Source: Anaeramoeba ignava BMAN (Eukaryota; Protista; Anaeramoebae). Taken from it: a stretch of 64,000 nucleotides of DNA. Location of the stretch: assembly GCA_028826165.1 (NCBI GenBank), contig JAPDFW010000081.1, positions 806,001-870,000 of the forward strand. The letters are read 5' to 3'. Position 1 is the stretch's first letter. Every line of letters starts with the position of its first letter. Shown one piece after another: positions 39,701 to 50,671 of the stretch. Under the pieces are notes generated by a model. It was not told the origin of the DNA. It did not search any database and saw only the letters and a program-made list of their open reading frames with translations. Both the position numbers and the translations under genes were made by a program.

Positions 39701-42700
39701 TTCTGGAAAGGAGAAAGTTCAATCCTCAAAATCATCTCTGTTTTTTTTGGAAGAGATTTTTCAACATCAATTTTCAATCGGCGTAAAATATGAGGCCGAA
39801 TCTCTTCATGCAAATTTTCAATTTGAGATCTTTCCTTTAAATTCTGATATTTTGATAAGAAATTTTCTAACGAGGAAAATTTTTTGGGTGCAATAAAATG
39901 GAGAAGACTCCATAATTCCTCAATTGAGTTTTGAATTGGTGTTCCTGTGATTAGCAATCTGTTTGTGGAATTGAATTTTTGAAGAGTGATATGAATTTGG
40001 GATTGATTGTTCTTTAATTTTTGGGCTTCGTCGACAATTAAATAATTCCACCGAATTGATCCAAGAATTTTTTTATCAAATCGCACAATTTCATAAGTTG
40101 TAAGTAAAATATTAAATCGGATTTTGGAAGTTTTTTGATCCAGAAATTCAAAATCACGGATTAAAGACCTGCTTTGTTTGTTTCCTATATAAACAACGGC
40201 ATCTAACTCGGGAGCCCATGTTGCAATTTCCTTTTGCCATCCCGAAATTGTTGAAAGAGGTACAACAACTAAATGAGGCCCGTAATTCTTGTATTCATGA
40301 AATAGAAATGTTAAGAGTGAGATTGTCTGAATTGTATTGTGTGTCACAATATAGTCATCAGTAACATATAATTTTGATGGCGAGGAAATACTGATGCACT
40401 GCGCCATTTTTATTCCAACATATTCAATACTTGAAATTTTGCGATATAGTCGATTTTTTTGTATGCAGAATTTATTTGCATTTGTGATTGTTTTTTGATT
40501 TAAATTTATTATTCTAATTTTATCATAAATTTCTTCTATAAATGTTATTTGAATAAATGATTTTTTAGTTTCATTTTGAGCAAAAACAATTGATCCAAGT
40601 GACCAGAAAATTTCGCAAACATAATCCACAAGTTTGTTTAATACATTGCCACCTTTTTTTACTAATTCCAAAAAAATGGTTTGATTTTGAGAGTCATATC
40701 CTGTTCCAAAAATATCGATAATAGCTTGAAGAAACGATAAACGATACTCCATTTTATGAAATTGCATCTCTTCTGCAAACTTTATATCTTGTTTATCGCT
40801 TGTGAATATTTGAGAAATGATATCACTTGAATCTAAGGCTTTCCCTTCATTTTCAAGCGAGATTTGCAATAGGAAGGTTTGATTCCCATTTTCAAGAGGT
40901 TTTCGTATAATTTTAATTTGTTTGGGCAAATCCTCAAATCTTCTTAAACAAGTTTCAGTAAGTTTTTCTGGAATTTCCATTTCTATTTTGTGATATCGAT
41001 CATGAGTTAAATTATTGTATTCCACAAAATGGCTTGGAGATGTTAAATAGATCCCCATAAAATAACAAAGGGAATGGAACTGTGAGATTGAAAGTTGGGA
41101 AGGAAGAGCTTTTTTGAGAAAAGAAACAGGTTGAACAACAGGAATAAACAAATCTTTTTCAAGAATCAACTTTCGAATATTTGAAAGTGTTAATATTTCT
41201 TCTTTTTGAAATAAAGATTTTGTTTGTGAATCAGTTTGTAAGTTATAAAAGACTTTCCATAAATGCTGTTCACAACATTGAGTTGAGCCTCCATCTTCAA
41301 ATGAAACTTTATAAATGGGAAGATTGCCTTGTGGATAAATACCAGTGATTTCTGTCAATTTACCATTCACATCACAAATTTGTTGTCCAACATAAACATC
41401 TTCCATTCTAATCCAAGAATTTGCACCTAAAATCATTGCATCCAAAGGTTGAGCCTTTTTTTATTCAAAAAATAAAATTATTTTAATAAAATTATTTTTA
41501 ATAAAATTATTTTTTTTTACTTTTCCTAAACCCATTTCATCAGCAAGAATGCATTGAGTGCCATTGCACCAATTATAAAAAAGCCAATTCAATCCTTTGA
41601 GTTGATAATCACGCAAGGCACCGCCTGCAATATAGCTTGGTTGTGTTTGGATTTGAGTAAAATCGGGACGGCTTCTTATGTATTGATTGGCATAATATTG
41701 ATTCAAATTATTATAAAGCTCATTTCTTTTTTTGTAATTCTCAATCACATCCTTGAACTGAGTGATTTCTTCCTCGTCTTCCCACGTGCAATGATCGTAA
41801 GGCAAGCCTGACCATTTGACAAGATATTGTTTATTTCTGTCAGGTTTTTCATCCATAACAGATACAATACGCTCAGCAATAGCATAAGTTGAATATATTT
41901 CCTTTTGCATTTCCTTCTGAATCATCAATCTCTCAACATCTTCAGGTGAAGCTGTTTTTTTCCATTCAATTTCAGCGTTCAGATTTTTGATATAATTGAG
42001 TAATTTTTTATTTCCACGAAATTTCATAAGAAATTCTTGAGTTTCCCAGGTGTTGTGTATATGCGCCCAGCCTTTCCAGTTGATAAGATACTGGCGCACA
42101 ATAGCATTGTTCTCATCAATAGCATCACGATAGTCCATCACTTGTTCTATTTCCTCCTCATAGTCGCCTACCTGGTGATAAGATATCGGTTTTTGGGTTT
42201 GCTCTTCTGTTTGCTCGTCCTCATCTTCATCATCGTCTTCAAAATGGTAGCTTTGTCTGTATCCTGTTGTTTTCTGTCTTGTTTGATATCTGCGATTTCC
42301 TTCTTTTGCGTGTTTTGTTGTTTCATTTATTGATTTACCTGTTTTTTCTTGATCCGATTGCCGATTCTTTTTGGATTTTCTTGAATTTTTTTCAATATTT
42401 TTTTGATACTCATTTGGATCTTGATTTTTTGATTCCATTCCATTGAAAAGTGAGCTAGTTTGGTGAATCTGGAAATAATCTTCAAGATTTTCATGTTCCA
42501 TAAAAGAAAAGAAATCAAGACTTTCCTTTGTAGTTTCATTGAAATCAATTATTGAATCCTCCTGATTGATTTTGGGCTGATGAAGTGATGGCAATAGTGG
42601 TTCTTCCTGTTTAGATAATGTTTGTATTCCGTTCTGATTCAATTGCGTTTCTTGATTGGGATCATTTTCTGTAATTTCTTCTTTGCTTGACAATTGCATT

Positions 42701-43404
42701 TCTTGATTTTCTGCATAATTTATGTTCTCAATTGTTTTTGAGTTGATATTTTCTTTTTCTTTTTCTATTTCTATAGAAACGTTATCTTTCTCGTTTTTTG
42801 TTTCAATAATTTGGTTTGAAAATTCTTTGAGATTATTTTTAGGAGCGCTTGGGAATTTATGCATTTTTTGGTCCAAATTCGATATTTTTGATGGTTGGTT
42901 TTTTTTTTTAAAAAAGGAATTTGATTGTTTATTTAGAAATATATTCTGCTTTTTTTGTTGTGGGTTTTGTTTTGTAAAGTTGATGGGTGTTTGATTTTTT
43001 TGTTGGATTATTGATTGACGTTGCTGTGAAAATGGAGAGTTTGTTAATAAAGGAAAAATAGGATTTGAATGATTTTTAAGTTTTTGAATGTTAATATTTT
43101 TTCCAAAAGGATTAGTTTTTTTGATTGGATTTTTGATTTGTATTTTTGGTTTTAGATTGAATGTTGATTTTTGATTTGTATTTATATTTATATTCATTTT
43201 TTGATTGAATGTTGATTTCTGATTTATATTTATATTCATTTTTTGATTGAATGCTGATTTTTGATTTGTATTTATATTCATTTTTTGATTTGTTTCAATT
43301 TCCATTGCATTTTGTTTTTGAGTATTTGTTAAATTATTATTATTTGAAACTACTTTTTCTTTTGATTGACTTTTCATATTTTGTATAAAAGGTTTTGATG
43401 TCAT
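36782..43404 (-). CDS. CHD1: CHD1-type chromatin remodeller (double chromodomain, SNF2 ATPase, SANT/SLIDE DNA-binding domain) containing an intein; intron 41455-41520; 1-nt frameshift ~38042 in the (HK)n repeat
   Basis: [54 protein letters not shown]|[62 protein letters not shown] and [21 protein letters not shown]. Confidence 0.95.
40336..41454 (-). mobile_element. Class 3 intein (373 aa) with degenerate LAGLIDADG homing endonuclease, inserted in the CHD1 Walker A motif
   Basis: Begins AQPLDA. Block B CCEQHLW, block F AQCISI, block G IVTHN|T. Removing it restores GLGK-TIQT. HEN remnants [21 protein letters not shown] and IFWSLGS. Confidence 0.93.
41455..41520 (-). other. 66-nt spliceosomal intron exactly at the N-extein/intein junction
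   Basis: GGA AAA | GTAAAA...TAAAAAAAG | GCT CAA CCT. Phase 0, with an in-frame TAA. Confidence 0.9.
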
Positions 43405-43606
43405 AATAATAATTATTATTATTATTATTTATAATTATAATTATAACTAAAATTATAATTATTATTTTTTAAATACAATTTAAAATAAAAACAAAAAAAA
43501 ATGAAAAAGAAAAAAATGAAAAAAAAAAAAATTTTTTTTATTTATTACTAAATTTTTCAATTAAATTATTCATTTTTATTATTTATTATTTTATTATTTT
43601 TTTAAT

Positions 43607-45415
43607 TTAAAAAAAATCAAAAATTGATTTAATTCTTTCTAAAAAAGTTTTGTTTTTTTGAATTTCTTTTAAAATAACCCAATGTTCTGAATAATATTTT
43701 TGATTTAACCAAGAAAATAAAGATAAAAGTGGATTTAAATTTTCCCGAATACATTTTTTATGTTCGAAAATTTTCCAATTATCAAATCGAATAATAGAAT
43801 CGAAATCAACCATATTTTCTTTTTTGTTAATATGCAAGAATATAAAATCGCAATCCAAAATATCACAAAAAGCATCCAATTTTTCAAAATGTGATTTTTC
43901 TTTCAATAAACCATATTTACTGTTAAGAAATGGTTGATCTTCTTTTTTTCCACTTTTTGGATTCAATAACATTTTGATTTTAAAATTCTTCTTTGGAACA
44001 AAAAAACTACTTGGGAAATATTTCCAATCTTTCAAAATGCAAAAATTCTTTTTTTTATCATTTTTTTTTGGATCGTTTTCCGATTCCAAATCTGCTAAAT
44101 TAGCCCAAGTTCTCGTTGCACATCCAGTTTTAAAATGCAAGGAGAAAATACGCAAAAAGAAAAACAAAAGAATAAAAAAAATCAAGATCGAAATTAAGAT
44201 GATGAATTTTTTATTTTGATGCTGATCTTTTTCTGGTTTACGAAGCTCTTTTAATCTTTTCAAATTCTCTTTGATCAGTTTATGTTTTTGGGGAACAATC
44301 TCCTTATTTGATATGTTTTGTTGGATCTTGTTTTCTTCTTGATTTTGAATCAGATGATCCAATTTTTGTTGTTGAAATTCAAATACTTCATTCCTTTCTG
44401 TTTGGTTTCCAAAAATATTATTTAATCCAAAAAAGGAACTAATTCCAATCGAACTTGAAAGAAGAAGATATGGATAAGAAACATACTCAAAATCAACTCC
44501 AAATCCAAAAGGATTAAGGAAGAAAATTAACGGAGAAACCAAATTGATAAAAAAGAAATTTTTATTTGATTTTAGTTTCTGAAAAACAAACAAAATCCCC
44601 AAAAAAGAAAAAAACAAATGAATATGGAAATCCCACAAAAAGTTCCATATTCCTTCTTTCTTGAGAACTAATGCCATTTTCTCAAAACGATGGGTCGCAA
44701 ACCATAAGTTATTTAGAGATTGAAAAAAGGATTGTTTTGTCAAAAAAGAAACGAAAAATCCAAACAAAACAAAAAAACCAAACCAAAATAAAAAGGAGAA
44801 AAGGAAAATTTTGATGAAAGAAAAAAATTTTTTGCCTGCTAAATGAATACAATAAGGAATCCAAAATAAAAGTAAGATTTTTTGACCCGAAAAGGAAAAA
44901 AAAAGTAAAGAAAAAACAAAAAGCGATTCGTTTTGATTCAAGAAGGCTCCAAAAATCAGAGAAGATGAAATCATTAGAAAAGATCCAGGAACAATAGACC
45001 TACTTGCCTTTGCAATTGCAGTATTGAAAGAAAGAAAAAGAATAAAGAAAAATGTTGGAAAATTGCCAAAAACACGTTTAACACCAGAAACAAAATAACC
45101 CAAAGAAAAGGCAGAAAAACAAGCCATAGAAGAACGAAGAATGAAAAAAATAGTTATTTTATTAACAGATAATTTTGCAAAAGGAATTGCAATTAAAGAT
45201 AAAATGCAGTGGAAGAAATTTTGTGTATAATTTGTATTTTGTTGAAATCCAAACCCATAAATCAAGGAATGTATTGGTTCTAAATTATTATAAACCTCGT
45301 TTGAATCAACAGGAAAATCAAAAACAGAATAAACAAGAAATGAAGTTAAAAGAAGAAAAAGTGAAAAAGGAATTGAAGTCAAAAAAGAAATTAAAACAGA
45401 AAAATTATTGTTCAT
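43607..45415 (-). CDS. Divergent ALG9-like (GT22) multi-pass mannosyltransferase homologue
   Basis: DSNEVYNNLEPIHSLIYGFGFQ (cf. ALG9 DCDEVFNYWEP.H...G.G.QTWEY), many TM helices, luminal CILKDWKYFPSSFFVP. Confidence 0.7.
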   Translation of the reverse strand: MNNNFSVLISFLTSIPFSLFLLLTSFLVYSVFDFPVDSNEVYNNLEPIHSLIYGFGFQQNTNYTQNFFHCILSLIAIPFAKLSVNKITIFFILRSSMACFSAFSLGYFVSGVKRVFGNFPTFFFILFLSFNTAIAKASRSIVPGSFLMISSSLIFGAFLNQNESLFVFSLLFFSFSGQKILLLFWIPYCIHLAGKKFFSFIKIFLFSFLFWFGFFVLFGFFVSFLTKQSFFQSLNNLWFATHRFEKMALVLKKEGIWNFLWDFHIHLFFSFLGILFVFQKLKSNKNFFFINLVSPLIFFLNPFGFGVDFEYVSYPYLLLSSSIGISSFFGLNNIFGNQTERNEVFEFQQQKLDHLIQNQEENKIQQNISNKEIVPQKHKLIKENLKRLKELRKPEKDQHQNKKFIILISILIFFILLFFFLRIFSLHFKTGCATRTWANLADLESENDPKKNDKKKNFCILKDWKYFPSSFFVPKKNFKIKMLLNPKSGKKEDQPFLNSKYGLLKEKSHFEKLDAFCDILDCDFIFLHINKKENMVDFDSIIRFDNWKIFEHKKCIRENLNPLLSLFSWLNQKYYSEHWVILKEIQKNKTFLERIKSIFDFF

Positions 45416-45459
45416 GAAAGAGAAAAAAATGATTTTTGTTTTATTGAAAAAAATTTTTT

Positions 45460-45885
45460 TGAAATTGAATTTGAAATTGAATTTGAAATTGAATTTGAAT
45501 TTGAAATTGAATTTGAAATTTGAAATTGAATTTGAATTTGAAATTTGAATTTGAATTTGAATTTGAAATTGAATTTGAATTTGAATTTGAATTTGAATTT
45601 GAAATTGAATTTGAATTTTAATTTGAAATTGAATTTGAATTTGAAATTAAATTTGAATTTGAATTGAAATTGAAATTGAATTTGAATTTTAAATTGAAAT
45701 TGAAATTGAATTTTAAATTGAATTTGAATTTGAATTTTAAATTGAATTTGAATTTGAATTTGAATTTGAATTTGAATTTTAAATTTTAAATTTTAAATTG
45801 AATTTGAATTTGAATTTGAAATTAAATTTTAATTTGAATTGAAATTGAAATTGAAATTGAATTTCTTTTTAGAATTTGAATTTGT
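45460..45885. repeat. (TTGAAT/TTGAAA)n intergenic microsatellite
   Basis: Visible hexamer array between the transketolase stop and the ALG9-like start. Confidence 0.85.
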
Positions 45886-45887
45886 TT

Positions 45888-48800
45888 TTAAAATTCTTTC
45901 AAGGTATCATAAACTGGATTTTCTTTGAAATATTCAACCATTTTCTCTAATTTTTCAGCAACCTTTTCTGGAACAAGTTCAAAATGAGCAAAAATTTTAT
46001 TTGCAGGAGCAGAAACACCAAAAGTATCAATTCCCAAAGAAAAATGAGCGTATTTAAACCAAGTTTGGGTTGCACCAGCTTCAACAGAAAGGATGGGTAT
46101 TCCTTTTGGGAAAACAAGCCTCTTGTAATCAAGGGGTTGTTGAGCGAATAGTTTTTCAGCAGGCATTGAAACAACACGAACAGAAACACCTTTTTTAAGT
46201 AGAATTTGAGCAGCAGAAAAAGCAAGAGAAACTTCACTTCCAGTTGCAACAATAATAGCGGAAAATTTCTCGACTTCTGGATTAAGAACATAAGCTCCTT
46301 TAGCAACAGCTTCGACACTAGTTCCCTTAAGATGAGGAACGCCTTGACGAGTTAGTGCAAGAACTGATGGAGTGTTTTCAGTTGAAAGTGCATATGCATA
46401 AGCTCCAGAAACTTCGTTTCCATCACATGGTCGGAATAAAAGCAAATCGGGAATTAATCGCAACATTCCAAGCGTCTCAATTGGTGCATGTGTTGGTCCA
46501 TCTTCTCCAAGTCCAATTGAATCATGTGTCATCACATAAATCACCTTTGCTTTCGACATTGCGGATAAACGAACTGATGGTAATCCATACTGGATAAAGT
46601 TCAAAAATGTCGCGCAATAAGGAACCAATCCTCGAATTCTGCAGGATGCAATTCCGTTGCAAATCGCCATCATAGAATGCTCTCGAACCCCAAAACGTAT
46701 GTTTTTGGCTTCATAATTTTTAGGTGTAAAATCTCCACTTGAAAGCAAATAGGTATTATTGCTTGGTGATAAATCTGCTGAGCCTCCAAAAAGTCCTGGT
46801 ATTTTACTGTTTAAGGCATTCAAACATTTTCCTGAAAGTGACCGTGTTGCAACAGATACTCCAATGTCTTTTTCTCCAAATTTTGGAAGGATTTCAAGTA
46901 GTTTTTTATATTCAAAAATATCTCCATGTTTTTCTTTGTCAAATGTATAAAATTTGTTGTTGTTTTCCTCTGAGAACATCGATTCTAATTCTCCAGCAAG
47001 TTCAGGATGGGTTTTGCGATATTCACCAAATAGCTTATACCATTCTTCAACTTTGAGATTGTTTTTTTTTTGGACTTCTTGATAGAAATCTATCACTGAT
47101 TTGTCAACTTCAAATAGATTTTTCTGGATCAAGTCCCAATTCCTTTTTAAGTAATTTTACATTTTCAGCTCCCAATGGTGTTCCATGAACTTTTGATGTT
47201 CCTTGCCAAACTGATCTGAATCCTATTGTTGTGCGTACTGAAATGAGGGATGGTTTATCTGTAACTTTTTTAGCTTCAAGAATAGCTTTGTTGATTCCAT
47301 CATAATCAGCATCTCCTTTTTCAACTGTTTGAACATGCCAACCTAATGCCTCGAATCTGAGATTAACATTTTCAGTGAAAGTTATTGAAGTTGAGCCATC
47401 GATAGTGATATCATTTGAATCGTAAAGAACTATTAAGTTTCCTAATTTAAGGTGACCAGCCAAAGATGCTGCTTCATTTGATATACCTTTTTTTAAGGAG
47501 AATATTAAAAGAATTTTATCGAATTTTGAAATGAATATTTATATTTATATTTATATTTATATTTATATTTATATTTATATTTATATTTATATTTATATTT
47601 ATATTTATATTTATATTTATATTTATATTTATATTTATATTTATATTTATATTTATATTTATATTTATATTTATATTTATATTTATATTTATATTTTAGA
47701 TTTATATTTATATTTATATTTATATTTATATTTTATATTTATATTTATATTTATATTTATATTTATATTTTAGTTTTATTTATATTTATATTTATATTTA
47801 TATTTTATATTTATATTTATATTTATATTTATATTTATATTTATATTTATATTTATATTTATATTTATATTTTATATTTATATTTATATTTATATTTATA
47901 TTTATATTTATATTTATATTTATATTTATATTTATATTTATATTTATATTTATATTTATATTTATGTTTATATTTATATTTATATTTATATTTATATTTA
48001 TATTTATATTTATATTTATATTTATATTTATATTTATGTTTATATTTATATTTATATTTAGATTTATATTTATATTTATATTTATATTTATATTTTATAT
48101 TTATATTTATATTTATATTTTATATATTTGATTTTATATTTATATTTATATTTATATTTATATTTATATTTATATTTATATTTATATTTATATTTATATT
48201 TTAGATTTATATTTATATTTATATTTTATATTTATGTTTTATTTATTTTTATATTTATATTTATATTTATATTTATTTTATATTTATATTTATATTTATA
48301 TTTATATTTATATTTATAATTATATTTATATTTATATTTATATTTATATTTATATTTATATTTATATTTATATTTAGATTTATATTATATTTATATTTAT
48401 ATTTATATTTATATTTATATTTATATTTATATTTATATTTATATTTATATTTATATTTATATTTATATTTATATTTATATTCATATTTAGATTTAGATTT
48501 TAAATTAAAATTCGAATGGCAAATCCGTAATAAGAACAATAATATTATATTTTTTGTAAATAAAACAAACCTTCCATTAAACAACCATCACCAGCAAGAC
48601 AATAAATATGATTATTAAAAATATCAAAATTATCTTTATTAAAACGAGCAGCTAAATGTTTTTGAGCCATAGCAATACCAACAGCATTAGCAAAACCTTG
48701 ACCTAAAGGACCAGTAGTAACCTCAACACCTTTTGTTAAATGAGCTTCAGGATGACCAGGAGTAATAGAACCAATTTGTCTGAACTGCATTAAATCCTCC

Positions 48801-49054
48801 ATTTTCATATGTTCTGTTGTCAAAAAAAGCATTGAATAAAGAAGAGTTGATGCATGTCCATTACTAAGTATAAATCGATCTCTGTTCGGAAAACTGCATG
48901 GATTAAATGATGGAATTGTCATGTGTTGTGAATACAAAAGATGTGTAATTGGTGCACATCCAAGTGGTGCTCCTGGATGCCCTGAATTGGCTTTTTGAAT
49001 CATATCTGCACATAATCCTCGAATTGAATTAATAATTAATTCAGTTTTTTCCAT
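45888..49054 (-). CDS. TKT: Transketolase; intron 47487-48570; 1-nt frameshift ~47114
   Basis: [43 protein letters not shown]|[24 protein letters not shown] and [14 protein letters not shown]. Confidence 0.95.
47535..48500 (-). repeat. (TAAATA)n microsatellite (sense strand) filling the transketolase intron
   Basis: (TTTATA)n on the + strand. Confidence 0.95.
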
Positions 49055-49344
49055 TTTGTTTTTTTTTTGATTTTTGTTATTGAAAAAATGATTTTTTGGA
49101 AAATTAAAAAAAAAATTTCATTTTTTAAATTGGAATCTCGAAAAAAAAAAATACAAAATAAATAAATGATCTGCCAGAGAACATTTTATTTTTATTTTTA
49201 TTAGATTATTTTTATTTTTATTTTTTATTAGATTATTTTTTTGATTATTTTTTTTTGATTATTTTTATTTTTATTTTTTTTTGATTATTTTTTTTTGATT
49301 ATTTTTTTTTGGATTATTTTTTTTTTCTTTTCTCCAAAAAAAAA

Positions 49345-50541
49345 ATGGAAAATAATCCCTTTTTTACTTCTTGGTTTCTTTGTGATCTTTGTTTTGAAGA
49401 TTGTTTTGAACAAATTTCAATTTCCAAATTAACTTCTTGTGGTCACATTTTATGTCCAAAGTAAATAAATCACAAATAAAAAAAAAAGAAAAAAAATTTT
49501 TCAAATCTTTAAATAATATAAAAAAAAATTTTTAAATACTTAATAAAATTAAAAGATGTTCTTCTTTAATTAATGATTATTGTCCTATTTGTAAAACAAA
49601 ATGTACTTCAATTAATTTTGGTTCAAATGTAAGTAAAAAAAGAAAAAAAAGAAAAAAAAAAAAGAAAAATTTTTTTGCTTTTTTTTTTATTTAGATTGAA
49701 AATCTTCCAAAATCTACTTTAGACTTTTTTCAAGATTCTACTAAACTAATTGAAAAATTTTTAACAATTCAAAAGGTTTGGAAAAAATTGAAAAAAAAAC
49801 AAAGAAAAAGAAAGAAAAATTCATTCCACTTTTTTTTTTGTTTTGTTTTATTTTGTTTTTTTTAGTTTCAAAATTCACATAAACAAAGAGTTTTTATTGG
49901 AACAAAAAATAAAATGGAAAAATTAGAAGAGAAAGAAAAAGAAATTCAAGAATATAAAAAGTAAATTCAAAAATTTAAAAATCAAAAATCAAAAATCAAA
50001 AGAAAATTGTTTTTTTTTTAATTAATTTTTTTTCTTTGTTTTTTTGCTTTTAGAAAAAAATTAATTTTGAAAAATCAAATTAATAGATTAATTGAAGAGA
50101 ATGAAAATTTAAAAAATCAAAATTTGGAAATGAAAAAAAAAATTGAAAATTATCAAAATCCAAAAATTAAAAAATTGGAACAAAAAAATATTTTCCAAAC
50201 TCCAAAATCAATTTCAAAAACAATAAGATCAAAGAATAATTTAAATTTAAATTTAAATTTAAATTTAAAAGAAAAATGAAAAAGAAAAAGAAAAAGAAAA
50301 AGAAAATTATAATAAGATTAAGAAAAGAATTTATCAAAGTGATCAATGGGTTGGAAAAAGAGAAGGAAATATTGTAAGATCTCCTCATCCAAAAACTCCT
50401 TCTTTATCAAGGAAAATGATTAAAAAAAAGAATTTAAAACAAAATTCTTTAAAATCACCAAAATTTTTTGATGAAAATTTATCTTTTTTACTTTCTCCTG
50501 TTCCATCTTTTAAAAAAAGAAATATTAAAAAAAAAAAATAA
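49345..50541 (+). CDS. RNF212/Zip3-like RING plus coiled-coil protein, multi-exon; 3' end uncertain
   Basis: WFLCDLC...LTSCGHILCPK|C...CPICKTKC, then FFQDS...IQK|FQ, a coiled coil and an S/T-P-rich tail. Confidence 0.65.
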
Positions 50542-50671
50542 ATAATAAAAAAAAAAAAGGAGAAAAATATAAAAAAGGAGAAAAAAAAAAAAAAGAAAAA
50601 TTATAAAAGAAGAAAAAAAAATTTTTCATTTTTCATTTTTTTATTTTTTTTATTTTTTTATTTTTATTATT

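Noticed and set aside
3270-47132. Possible programmed frameshifting or pseudogenes (shifts near 3270, 7540, 18145, 20347, 27245, 33913, 38042 and 47114)
   Set aside because: They are single-base indels, mostly in homopolymers or tandem repeats, go in both directions, share no slippery motif, and hit essential genes (TKT, CHD1) that are otherwise intact. Assembly error is the simplest explanation; read pile-ups would settle it.
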